IMG/VR virus record: IMGVR_UViG_3300031787_000653 | Coordinates: 1 to 28,199 of that record | DNA length: 28,199 nucleotides | Origin: a virus | Taxonomy: Duplodnaviria; Caudoviricetes | Strand: one strand, 5' to 3' | Part shown: positions 17,237 through 25,452 of the stretch, one piece after another | Position numbering within the stretch: position 1 is the stretch's first letter | Layout: each line of letters begins with the position of its first letter | Translations under genes and position numbers: made by a program | The notes under the pieces: generated by a model | Seen by the model: the letters and a program-made list of their open reading frames with translations, nothing else | Database searches by the model: none | What the model was told of the DNA's origin: nothing

Positions 17237-17719
17237 ATGTTCCCCATTCACTTCAAGCTGACCGTCAGCGACATCACCCAGCTCCAGCGCCTCACTGCGT
17301 TCATTGAGCAGGACGGCATTCAGGCGGTCGCCAACGCACCACGGCTGACCGGCAGCAACGCCAAGGCCGACATCGTGAAGGAGGCCGCCGCGCCGTCGGG
17401 AAAGCCGGCACCCGCTGCCAAGACTGCCCCTTCCGCTCCTACTGCCGAGGCGGCCCAACCCCCGGCACCCGCTGCGCCCGCGCCGAGCACGCAGTCAACG
17501 GCGGCCGAGACGCCCACGGCAGCACCTGCCGCTGCGAGCTCTGTCGGCTACCCTGACCTGCAGAAGGCGGTGCTGACCCTGCACAAGCTGGACCCGACCG
17601 CGGCGGTGCCGATCGCCAAGGGCCTGGGCGCCGACACGTTCAAGGCGCTGAAGCCGGAGCAGTGGGCCGAGGCCCACCGCCTGGTGACCGAGGCCATCGC
17701 CGCTCGGAGCGCAGCGTGA
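17237..17719 (+). CDS. Ala/Pro-rich protein with a C-terminal helical domain, upstream of DUF2800
   Basis: SD AGGAGG; usual synteny of this replication module. Confidence 0.75.
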   Translation: MFPIHFKLTVSDITQLQRLTAFIEQDGIQAVANAPRLTGSNAKADIVKEAAAPSGKPAPAAKTAPSAPTAEAAQPPAPAAPAPSTQSTAAETPTAAPAAASSVGYPDLQKAVLTLHKLDPTAAVPIAKGLGADTFKALKPEQWAEAHRLVTEAIAARSAA

Positions 17720-18960
17720 CCGAGGCCGCCCACTCCAAGCTGAGTGCGTCGGCGGCCGACCGCTGGATGGCCTGCCCCGGCAGCGTCGTCCTGTCGGCCG
17801 GCCTGCCCGACAACACCAGCGAGTACGCCGCCTGGGGCAGCGTTGCGCATCGCGTCGCCGATGAGTGCCTGACCAAGATCTGGGACCCGGTCCTGTTCGT
17901 GGGCACCACCCACGACCAGGACGGCTACAAGATCACGGTCGACGCCGAGATGGTCGAGTGCGTGCAGACGTACCTCGGCAACCTGCGCGAGATGACCGCA
18001 GGCGCCGACCTGTTCGAGTCCGAGACACGCACCAACTACAGCACCTGGCTCAACGTCGACCAGGATCTGGCCTGGGGCACGGCCGACGCCACCGCGCTGA
18101 TCGGCACCGAGCTGCAGGTGCACGACCTCAAGACCGGCCGAGGTGTCGAGGTCGACGCGGTCGAGAACCGCCAGATGATGCTGTACGCAGGCGGCAAGCT
18201 GCTGGAGATGGAAGCGCTCGGCATCGAGGTCGAGACCGTGCGCCTCGTGATCCATCAGCCCCGCGTGCGCAAGGCCCCCAGCGAGTGGCGCCTGACGCGC
18301 GACGAGCTGGCCGACTGGCTCATGGGCGACGCCCGCCAGGCCGCTCAGCGCGTGCTGACGGTAGGCGAGCCGCTGGACGAGTTCATGGCCGCCGGTGACC
18401 ACTGCCGTTGGTGCCGCGCCAAGGCCACCTGCCCGACGTTGCGCGCTCATGTAGCCCGCACGGCTGCGCTGGAAAGCTACGCCGCCAGCCCTGAAGACTT
18501 TGACGACCTGTCCACTGCCATCCCGCACAGCCACAGTGAAGCCGCATGGCTCGCCGCCTGCCTGTCCAAGGTCGACATGATCGAGGACTGGTGCAGCGCT
18601 GTCCGCGCCGAGTCGCTGCGCCGCCTGTCGGCCGGCGAGCCGGTGCCCGGCTACAAGCTGGTGCAGGGCAAGCGCGGCGCCCGTGCCTGGGCCAACCCGA
18701 CCGAAGCCGAGAAGGTGCTGCGCGAGCAGTTCCGCCTGCCTGTCGAGAAGGCCTACGACCTGAAGCTGATCAGCCCCACGACCGCCGAGAAGCTGGCCAA
18801 GGCCGGCGACATCGGCCCCCGCCAGTGGGCCAAGGTCATCCCCCTCATCGTGCAACGTGACGGCGCCCCCAGCGTCGCCCCGGTGTCCGACAACCGCCCC
18901 GCGATCACCGTCCAGCCGGTCGCAGAGGCGTTCGACGTCCAGGCTGGCGACATCGTCTGA
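17716..18960 (+). CDS. DUF2800 family Cas4-like/PD-(D/E)XK exonuclease
   Basis: HSKLSASAADRWMACPGS, WGTAD, DLKTGRG and HCRWCRAKATC motifs; GTG start overlapping the upstream stop. Confidence 0.9.
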   Translation: MTEAAHSKLSASAADRWMACPGSVVLSAGLPDNTSEYAAWGSVAHRVADECLTKIWDPVLFVGTTHDQDGYKITVDAEMVECVQTYLGNLREMTAGADLFESETRTNYSTWLNVDQDLAWGTADATALIGTELQVHDLKTGRGVEVDAVENRQMMLYAGGKLLEMEALGIEVETVRLVIHQPRVRKAPSEWRLTRDELADWLMGDARQAAQRVLTVGEPLDEFMAAGDHCRWCRAKATCPTLRAHVARTAALESYAASPEDFDDLSTAIPHSHSEAAWLAACLSKVDMIEDWCSAVRAESLRRLSAGEPVPGYKLVQGKRGARAWANPTEAEKVLREQFRLPVEKAYDLKLISPTTAEKLAKAGDIGPRQWAKVIPLIVQRDGAPSVAPVSDNRPAITVQPVAEAFDVQAGDIV

Positions 18961-18974
18961 AAGGAACCTGAACC

Positions 18975-19565
18975 ATGACTACCCCTACCCGCTTCCGCCT
19001 GGACAACGTCCGCGTCGACTGGCCCAACCTCTTCAAGGGTGAGCAGTTCCAGGGCACCGGCAGCTACCGCTGCGGCGCCACGCTGATCGTGCCCGGCGAC
19101 CACCCTCAACTGCCGCAGATCAACGCGGCGATCGAGGAGGCCGCCAAGGCCAAGCTCAAGGACGCGACCAAGGCCGCGCTGTTCATCAAGTCCGCCCGCG
19201 CCAAAGGCAAGGTCTGCCTGTCCGACGGCGACCTCAAGGCCGCCAAGAACCCGCACTACGAGGGCACCTGGGTGCTGTCGGCCAACTGCAAGGGCGGCGA
19301 CACCGAGGCCGAGGCCGAGAAGCCCACCGTGTACGACCAGTTCCGCAACCAGGTCACCGACCCGGCCAAGAACCCGATCTACCGCGGGTGCTACGTGAAC
19401 GCGCTGGTCGAGATCTACGCCGACAACCGCTACGGCGAGCAGATCAACGCCAAGCTCGTGGGCATCCAGTTCCGCAAGGACGGTGACGCCTTCGGCAGCG
19501 CGCCTGCACGGGCCGATGACTTCGACGACGTGGCCGAGGGCGCTGACGCCGACGCCTTCGTCTGA
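18975..19565 (+). CDS. DUF2815 family ssDNA-binding protein (gp2.5-like)
   Basis: NVR..PNLF, DGD, IYRGCYVNA, GIQFRKDGDAFG motifs and an acidic tail. Confidence 0.9.
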   Translation: MTTPTRFRLDNVRVDWPNLFKGEQFQGTGSYRCGATLIVPGDHPQLPQINAAIEEAAKAKLKDATKAALFIKSARAKGKVCLSDGDLKAAKNPHYEGTWVLSANCKGGDTEAEAEKPTVYDQFRNQVTDPAKNPIYRGCYVNALVEIYADNRYGEQINAKLVGIQFRKDGDAFGSAPARADDFDDVAEGADADAFV

Positions 19566-19595
19566 CCAACCGAAAGCGGGTCGCGCCTATCCTAC

Positions 19596-19715
19596 CCGGG
19601 TCTAGCCCACCCGGCACACAGCCCCTGCATCAGCGCCGCCGGTCCCCGCACACTTGAACGGCCGGCGGCGCTTACAGCGTCGGTGCGACGCAAGCAACGA
19701 AGACGTATGCAGGGG
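19596..19715 (+). other. Predicted structured intergenic element (multibranch fold) upstream of the polymerase
   Basis: Pairings 19622-30/19707-15, 19632-44/19660-72, 19677-82/19686-91 and 19596-601/19609-14. Confidence 0.5.
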
Positions 19716-19732
19716 AACGGGCCCCATACACC

Positions 19733-21808
19733 ATGACCACTCTCTGGTTCGATTGCGAGACCTACAGCGAAGCCGACCTCAAGGCGGTCGGCACGCACGC
19801 CTATGCAGAGCACCCCAGCACCGAGATCACGGTCGCCCAGTGGGCGGTCGACGAGGGCGAGCCAGTGGTCGAGGACTGCAGCGAGAAGCTGGGCCCCAGC
19901 AAGGCGCTGCGCACCTGGCTGACGGCGCCAGGCGTCACCGTCGTGGCGCACAACAGCATGTTCGACCGCACGATTCTGCGCCACTGCTGGAACATCAAGG
20001 TGCCGGTCAAGCGGTGGCAGGACACGATGGTGCGCGCGCTCGCGCACGGGCTGCCGGGCAGCCTGGACAAGCTCTCGGGCATCCTGAACCTGGCCAGCGA
20101 CGAGGCCAAGGACAAGCGCGGCCGTGACCTGATCCAGCTCTTCTGCAAGCCCCGCCCGAAGGGCCACACGCTGCGCCGCGCCACCCGCGAGACGCACCCC
20201 ACTGAGTGGGCCGAGTTCCTGGAGTACAGCCGCCAGGACATCGTCTCGATGCGCGCCGTGCACAAGAAGCTGCCGGCCTGGAACTACAACGCCACCTCGC
20301 CAGAGCTCGCACTGTGGCACCTGGACCAGCGCATCAACGACCGCGGGTTCGCCGTCGACCTGGAGCTCGCCCACGCTGCGATCGAGGCGGTGGCCACCGA
20401 GCAGGCCCGGCTGAAGGAGGAGACCCGCGAACTGACCGGCGGCCAGGTCACCTCCCCCAGCAAGCGCGACGAGCTGCTGGCGCACATCCTGATGGAGTAC
20501 GGGGTCGAGCTGCCCGACATGCGGGCCGACACGCTGCGCCGCCGGATCGAGGACCCGGAGCTGCCTGACGCGGTGAAGCTGCTGCTGTCGATCCGGCTTG
20601 AGGCCACGAAGACCTCGACGGCCAAGTACAAGGCCCTGGTCAAGGCCACCTCGGTCGACGGCCGCCTGCGCAACACGCTGCAGTTCGCTGGCGCTCAGCG
20701 CACCGCCCGTTGGGCTGGTCGCGTGTTCCAGCCCCAGAACATGCCCAGGCCTGACATGGAGCAGGACGAGATCGACCTGGCCATCGACGCGCTGAAGGCG
20801 GGATGCGCCCCCCTGGTAATCGCGGACGTAATGAGGGCCACCGCAAACACCGTGCGTGGCGCGATCGTAGCACCTCGTGGCAAGAAGCTGGTGATCGCCG
20901 ACCTGTCCAACATCGAGGGCCGCGGGCTCGCGTACCTGGCCGGCGAGACCTGGAAGGTGCGCGCGTTCCGCGAGTTCGACCAAGGCAAGGGCGCCGACCT
21001 CTACAAGCTGGCCTACGCCCGCTCGTTCACGGTCGACCCGAAGGACGTGACGAAGCCCCAGCGCCAGATCGGCAAGGTCATGGAGCTGGGCCTCGGGTAC
21101 GAGGGCGGCGTGGCCGCGTTCCTGACGTTCGCCGCGGTGTACCAGATGGACCTCGAGCAACTGGCCGAGGCAGTGTGGTCGGCCGCCAGCGCGCAGGCGC
21201 TCGAGGCAGCGCTGGGCATGTGGTCCTGGGCCACGAAGAAGCGCCGCACGCTCGGCCTGTCGCAGCGCGTCTACGTGGCCTGCGAGGTACTGAAGGCCGC
21301 CTGGCGCGCTGCGCACCCGGCCACGACCTCACTGTGGGCTGACATGGGCACCGCAGTGCGCCAGGCCATCCAGCGCCCGGGCGAGGTGTTCCGCGTGCGC
21401 GCGATCGCCGTGCGCCGTGACGGGAACTGGCTGCGGGTGCGCCTGCCCTCCGGTCGCTACCTCTGCTACATCAACCCCGAGGTCGGCGACGACGGGCAGA
21501 TCAGCTACATGGGCGTGAACCAGTACACCCGCCAGTGGGCCAGGATCAAGACCTACGGTGGCAAGCTGGTGGAGAACCTGGTGCAGGCCTGGGCCCGCGA
21601 CGTGCTGGCCAGCAACATGGCCGCGATCGACGCCGCCGGCTACGAGATCGTGCTGACGGTGCACGACGAGCTGATCACCGAGGCACCCAACAACCCCGCG
21701 TTCAACCACGAGCACCTGGCCGCGCTCATGTCCACCCAGCCAGCGTGGGCGCCTGACGTGCCACTGGCCGCGGCCGGGTTCGAGACGTTGCGCTATCGCA
21801 AGGACTAG
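19733..21808 (+). CDS. Phage DNA polymerase, family A, with 3'-5' exonuclease domain
   Basis: FDCETYS and AHNSMFDR (exonuclease); ADLSNIEGR (motif A), RQIGKVMELGLGY (motif B), TVHDE (motif C). Confidence 0.95.
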   Translation: MTTLWFDCETYSEADLKAVGTHAYAEHPSTEITVAQWAVDEGEPVVEDCSEKLGPSKALRTWLTAPGVTVVAHNSMFDRTILRHCWNIKVPVKRWQDTMVRALAHGLPGSLDKLSGILNLASDEAKDKRGRDLIQLFCKPRPKGHTLRRATRETHPTEWAEFLEYSRQDIVSMRAVHKKLPAWNYNATSPELALWHLDQRINDRGFAVDLELAHAAIEAVATEQARLKEETRELTGGQVTSPSKRDELLAHILMEYGVELPDMRADTLRRRIEDPELPDAVKLLLSIRLEATKTSTAKYKALVKATSVDGRLRNTLQFAGAQRTARWAGRVFQPQNMPRPDMEQDEIDLAIDALKAGCAPLVIADVMRATANTVRGAIVAPRGKKLVIADLSNIEGRGLAYLAGETWKVRAFREFDQGKGADLYKLAYARSFTVDPKDVTKPQRQIGKVMELGLGYEGGVAAFLTFAAVYQMDLEQLAEAVWSAASAQALEAALGMWSWATKKRRTLGLSQRVYVACEVLKAAWRAAHPATTSLWADMGTAVRQAIQRPGEVFRVRAIAVRRDGNWLRVRLPSGRYLCYINPEVGDDGQISYMGVNQYTRQWARIKTYGGKLVENLVQAWARDVLASNMAAIDAAGYEIVLTVHDELITEAPNNPAFNHEHLAALMSTQPAWAPDVPLAAAGFETLRYRKD

Positions 21809-21830
21809 GGTTTGCCCTAGGTTGCAGGGC

Positions 21831-21848
21831 TTTAGCATGTGCTACAGT
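21831..21848 (+). promoter_or_regulatory. Early promoter/operator TTTAGCATGTGCTACAGT
   Basis: 20-bp identity with 16388-16407. Confidence 0.75.
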
Positions 21849-21855
21849 TCTTCGC

Positions 21856-21969
21856 ATGGACAAACCACCGCCCATCTGGCCCTTCCCCACCTGGAAGGGT
21901 CAGCCCCTCCCCAAACCGAAGCGCCAGCCCAAGCCGGCGTACCCCTCCGACCAACCAGCACCATTCTGA
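21856..21969 (+). CDS. Pro-rich peptide, 37 aa (MDKPPPIWPFPTWKGQPLPKPKRQPKPAYPSDQPAPF)
   Basis: ATG 7 nt after the -10 box; stop 2 nt before the next ATG. Confidence 0.55.
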   Translation: MDKPPPIWPFPTWKGQPLPKPKRQPKPAYPSDQPAPF

Positions 21970-21971
21970 CC

Positions 21972-22130
21972 ATGAAGAACTACCGCACCCCCCGCACGAT
22001 CGCCGAGTGTGACTTCACGACCGGCTATTCGATCGACAACCCCAACAAGGCCGCCGCTCGCCGGGCCGACATCTACCTCGCCGTGATCTGCGTGCTGGTC
22101 GCCGGCCTCATGCTGTGGGGGGTCATCTGA
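21972..22130 (+). CDS. Small membrane protein (52 aa)
   Basis: MKNYRTPRT... with a C-terminal hydrophobic helix. Confidence 0.7.
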   Translation: MKNYRTPRTIAECDFTTGYSIDNPNKAAARRADIYLAVICVLVAGLMLWGVI

Positions 22131-22348
22131 TGGACCCGAACCTGCGCATCGTCAAGCTGCCCGGCTGCCTGGGCGACTGCCAGCAAGGGCGCCGACCTTG
22201 CATGAGCCCCAAGGAGTGCTCTCCTGACCAGCCGCTCACCCGCAACGGGTGCTTCATCATTCTGGGCGCTGCGGTGCTGGCCTGGGCCATGGTCGCGCTG
22301 GCGTTCCTGGCCGCGATCGCCCTGCACAACTGGTGGGCCGGGCTGTGA
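22130..22348 (+). CDS. Small Cys-rich membrane protein (72 aa)
   Basis: CLGDCQQGRRPC..PKEC followed by a hydrophobic helix; TGATG overlap. Confidence 0.7.
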   Translation: MDPNLRIVKLPGCLGDCQQGRRPCMSPKECSPDQPLTRNGCFIILGAAVLAWAMVALAFLAAIALHNWWAGL

Positions 22349-22611
22349 GAGAGCGCGAGATCGAGGACTACCTGGCCCGCCGGGTCAAGGCCATGGGCGG
22401 CGAGATCCGCAAGGCCCAGTGGATTGGGCGCGCTGGCGCGCCAGACCGCCGCGTGCTGCTGCCGGGTCGGCCACCCGTGTGGGTCGAGCTCAAGGCCCCC
22501 GGCGTCAAGCCAGAGCCGCACCAGATCCGTGAACACAACCGCATGCGCCGACTCGGCGAGCTGGTCGAGGTGATCGACTCGCTCGAGGGCGTCGAGGAGC
22601 TGCTGACATGA
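22345..22611 (+). CDS. VRR-NUC domain nuclease (probable junction resolvase)
   Basis: EREIE..GAPDR..WVELKAPG..Q; GTGA overlap. Confidence 0.9.
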   Translation: MREREIEDYLARRVKAMGGEIRKAQWIGRAGAPDRRVLLPGRPPVWVELKAPGVKPEPHQIREHNRMRRLGELVEVIDSLEGVEELLT

Positions 22612-22955
22612 CCCGCGCATCCCATGCCGGCATCCGCGAAACCCTGGCCGCCTGCGGGCCGTTGACAAGCCGAGAACTCATGTCGTTTTTCCCCGCCAGC
22701 AGCCAGCAGGACATTGCCGGCCTGCTGGGCAGCATGCGCAAGCGCGTCGCAGTCAGGCAGGTCTACATTCACTCCTACACCCGAGAGGCCGACCATGCCC
22801 GCGACTACATCCGCGCTGTTTATGCGTTGGGCAACCTGCCCGATGCGCGCAAGCCGAAACCCATGAGCAACGCCGAGCGGTGCAGGAGGCACAAGGCGCG
22901 CAGGGCGATTCCGAAGGTTGCGAACTCGGTGTTTGCGCTGGGGGCGTTTCTATGA
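22608..22955 (+). CDS. Hypothetical basic protein, possibly winged-helix (115 aa)
   Basis: ATGA overlaps at both ends. Confidence 0.7.
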   Translation: MTRASHAGIRETLAACGPLTSRELMSFFPASSQQDIAGLLGSMRKRVAVRQVYIHSYTREADHARDYIRAVYALGNLPDARKPKPMSNAERCRRHKARRAIPKVANSVFALGAFL

Positions 22956-23128
22956 TGCGCTGCCCCACCTGCCAAACCTGGACCGAGGTGCTTGAAACCC
23001 GCACTCGCCAGGACGGAACCCGGCGCCGCCGGTACGTCTGCGCCAACATGCACAAGTTCAACACCGTCGAGCGGGTCGAGGTGGTGCAGCACGGCGGCGC
23101 CCGCAGAAAGGCACCCAATGCTGCGTGA
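22952..23128 (+). CDS. Zinc-ribbon protein resembling the NrdR N-terminus (58 aa)
   Basis: MRCPTC..VLETR..RRRRYVCANMHKFNTVE. Confidence 0.75.
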   Translation: MMRCPTCQTWTEVLETRTRQDGTRRRRYVCANMHKFNTVERVEVVQHGGARRKAPNAA

Positions 23129-24491
23129 CTACCAGCGTGCCATCGTCGGCCACATGCTGGACCACGAGCGCTGCAACGTGTGGGCCGGCATGGGCACCGG
23201 CAAGACGGTGTCCGCGCTCACCGCGCTGCAAGGCCTGGCGGCGGTCGAGGACCCCTTCCCCGCCCTGGTGCTGGCGCCGCTGCGGGTGGCCTCCAGCACC
23301 TGGCCCAGCGAGGTGCAGAAGTGGGCGCACCTGCAAGGCCTCAAGCTCGCGACCGCCGTCGGCGACGTCAACGCCCGGGTGGCCGCGGTGCACGCGCAAG
23401 CCGACATCGTGGCCACCAACTACGAGCAGATCCCGTGGCTGGTCGAGCACCTGGGCGACCAGTGGCCCTTCCGCACCGTCGTTGCCGACGAGGCCACCCG
23501 GCTGAAGTCCTTCCGCGCCAGGCAGGGCGGCAAGCGCGCCCAGGCCCTGGGCAAGGTGGCGCACAAGCACACCCGCCGCTGGGTCAACCTGACCGGCACG
23601 CCAGCGCCCAACGGGTTCATGGACCTGTGGGGGCAGCAGTGGTTCATCGACGCCGGTGCCCGCCTTGGTCGCTCGTTCAGCGCGTTCGAGGACCGCTGGT
23701 TCCGCGTCAAGCGGGCCCCGGGCCAGCAGTACGGTGGTACGGTCGAGCTGCTCGAGGGGGCGCAGGCCGAGATCGAGAGCCGCCTGGCCGACTGCACATT
23801 GACCGTGCGCGCTGCAGATTTTCTCGACCTGCCCCCGCTGGTTGAGAACACAATCGAGGTGGAGCTGCCGGCCACCGCGCGCCGGCACTACCGAGAGCTG
23901 GAGCGCGAGATGTTCACGGTGCTGGCCGGTGGCGCCGAGATCGAGGCGTTCAACGCCGCGGGGCGCACGATGAAGTGCCTCCAGGCCGCGAACGGTGCGC
24001 TGTACACCGACCAGCAAGGAGCATGGAAGGAGCTGCACAATGCAAAGATTGACGCCCTCTCGTCCGTGGTGGAAGAGGCTGCTGGGGCCCCGGTTCTTGT
24101 GGCGTACCAGTTCAAGTCCGACCTCGCCCGACTACAGCATGCGTTCCCTCAAGGTCGGGCGCTGGACGCTGACCCTCGAACGATCGAGGCGTGGAACCTG
24201 GGACGGATACCACTCCTATTCGCTCACCCTCAAAGCGCTGGCCACGGACTCAACCTCCAGGAGGGCGGGAACATCCTCGTGTTCTTCGGCCTGTGGTGGG
24301 ACCTCGAGGCGCACGAGCAGATCATCGAGCGCATAGGCCCGACACGCCAGGCCCAGGCCGGCTACAACCGGCCCGTGTACGTGCACCGCATCGTCGCCCG
24401 CCAGACGGTCGACGAGCTGGTGCTGCAACGACTACAGACCAAGGCCTCGGTGCAGCAGGTGTTGCTCGAGGCAATGAAGACCCGACGATGA
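23118..24491 (+). CDS. SNF2-related (DEAD-like) helicase
   Basis: LRDYQ, MGTGKT, VVADE, LTGTPAPN and SAGHGLNLQ motifs. Confidence 0.93.
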   Translation: MLRDYQRAIVGHMLDHERCNVWAGMGTGKTVSALTALQGLAAVEDPFPALVLAPLRVASSTWPSEVQKWAHLQGLKLATAVGDVNARVAAVHAQADIVATNYEQIPWLVEHLGDQWPFRTVVADEATRLKSFRARQGGKRAQALGKVAHKHTRRWVNLTGTPAPNGFMDLWGQQWFIDAGARLGRSFSAFEDRWFRVKRAPGQQYGGTVELLEGAQAEIESRLADCTLTVRAADFLDLPPLVENTIEVELPATARRHYRELEREMFTVLAGGAEIEAFNAAGRTMKCLQAANGALYTDQQGAWKELHNAKIDALSSVVEEAAGAPVLVAYQFKSDLARLQHAFPQGRALDADPRTIEAWNLGRIPLLFAHPQSAGHGLNLQEGGNILVFFGLWWDLEAHEQIIERIGPTRQAQAGYNRPVYVHRIVARQTVDELVLQRLQTKASVQQVLLEAMKTRR

Positions 24492-24667
24492 GCTACCTCC
24501 CTCCCCTTCCGCCAGGCTACGACTACAGCCTGGCGAAACGCCAGAACCTGCTGCTGGGTTTCAGCCCGACGCTCCCGATCCTGTACCTGGACGAGGCGAC
24601 GATGACGTGGCGAGAACTTGACCGGCACGTCAGCGAGGTGCATCCTGCACTTGCGTCTAGCACTTGA
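24488..24667 (+). CDS. Hypothetical protein (59 aa)
   Basis: ATGA overlap with the helicase stop. Confidence 0.6.
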   Translation: MSYLPPLPPGYDYSLAKRQNLLLGFSPTLPILYLDEATMTWRELDRHVSEVHPALASST

Positions 24668-24723
24668 TCAAAGACGCCCGAGCACTGAATCCCTCGCAAG
24701 GCTCGGCTGCCTTTAGCATTTTG

Positions 24724-24751
24724 GAAAGGCAGAATATACATTATGCGTCTC
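24724..24751 (-). other. dif-like Xer recombination site (candidate attP): GAGACGCATAA-TGTATA-TTCTGCCTTTC
   Basis: Compared with E. coli dif GGTGCGCATAA-TGTATA-TTATGTTAAAT: XerC arm 8/11, core 6/6, XerD arm 4/11, with 15 contiguous identical bases. Intergenic and AT-rich in a GC-rich genome. Confidence 0.75.
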
Positions 24752-24761
24752 AAAACGGGGG

Positions 24762-24798
24762 TTGACGGGTTAGCAGTTGCTACAATATACTGTAGCAA
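24762..24798 (+). promoter_or_regulatory. Sigma70-type promoter TTGACG-N18-TATACT with operator repeats, upstream of acb2
   Basis: TAGCAGTTGCTA palindrome plus the inverted repeat TTGCTACA-N6-TGTAGCAA. Confidence 0.7.
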
Positions 24799-24851
24799 AA
24801 CGGACGTCCGCCCCCGTACCAGTGGCGGCATTTTGATGAAAGACCTGACAC

Positions 24852-25076
24852 ATGGACAACCAACACCGCCAGATCAAGGGCTACCGCGAACTGTCGCAGG
24901 ACGAGATCAACCTGATGAACGAGATCAAGCAGGCCGGCAAAGACCTGGGCGACCTCGTGGCCACGCTGAAGCAGATGCCCGAGCTCGACCAGCGCTGGAT
25001 CTCGATCGGCGCGACCGAGCTGCAGCAGGGCTTGATGGCCCTGACCAGGGGTGTGGCCCGGCCGGAGTTCTTCTGA
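24852..25076 (+). CDS. acb2: Anti-CBASS cyclic-oligonucleotide sponge, Acb2 family
   Basis: MDNQHRQIKGYRELSQDEINLMNEIK...RWISIGATELQQGLMALTRGVARPEFF closely matches Pseudomonas phage Acb2 as recalled; Y11 and K26 are present. Confidence 0.9.
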   Translation: MDNQHRQIKGYRELSQDEINLMNEIKQAGKDLGDLVATLKQMPELDQRWISIGATELQQGLMALTRGVARPEFF

Positions 25077-25165
25077 GCTTTAGCAAGCCCCGTGCATCCT
25101 GCATTTAACAATATCACCTGGATCGCGCACTCGTTGCGCGGTCGCCACACTTGAAAGGGATTGAG

Positions 25166-25444
25166 ATGCCCCAGCAATACGACCCCCTGGAGCTCCACGT
25201 AACGCACGCGATCGTGGCTGGGGTGCTCTACGACTTCATGGGCTGGCTGACTACCCGGCGAACCCGCCTCTGCCTGTCCGACCATGACGAAGCCGGGCCC
25301 GCTGTCGCGGCCATCGTCGACTTCGCCAAGATGCGCGGCCTGCGGCTGGAGGACGCCCAGGTCGAGCACTGGCAGCAGGTGCTCGTGGCGCCGCCGTGCA
25401 CACCCCAACCCGCTGCCACCCCTACCCTTCCGCCTGAGTCATAA
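25166..25444 (+). CDS. Hypothetical phage protein (92 aa)
   Basis: SD AAGGGA; VAGVLYDFMGWLT..FAKMRGL. Confidence 0.7.
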   Translation: MPQQYDPLELHVTHAIVAGVLYDFMGWLTTRRTRLCLSDHDEAGPAVAAIVDFAKMRGLRLEDAQVEHWQQVLVAPPCTPQPAATPTLPPES

Positions 25445-25452
25445 GCCTGTTT

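Noticed and set aside
17716-18960. Cas4-like gene as evidence of a CRISPR system
   Set aside because: It is the usual DUF2800 nuclease of the DUF2800-DUF2815-PolA phage replication module.
19566-19732. tRNA or self-cleaving ribozyme in the structured spacer
   Set aside because: No cloverleaf or TPsiC motif and no hammerhead core recognised by eye; retained only as an unclassified structure.
24743-25108. 121-aa ORF overlapping the dif-like site and acb2
   Set aside because: It overlaps the promoter and the clearly recognisable Acb2 frame, and looks like off-frame sequence.
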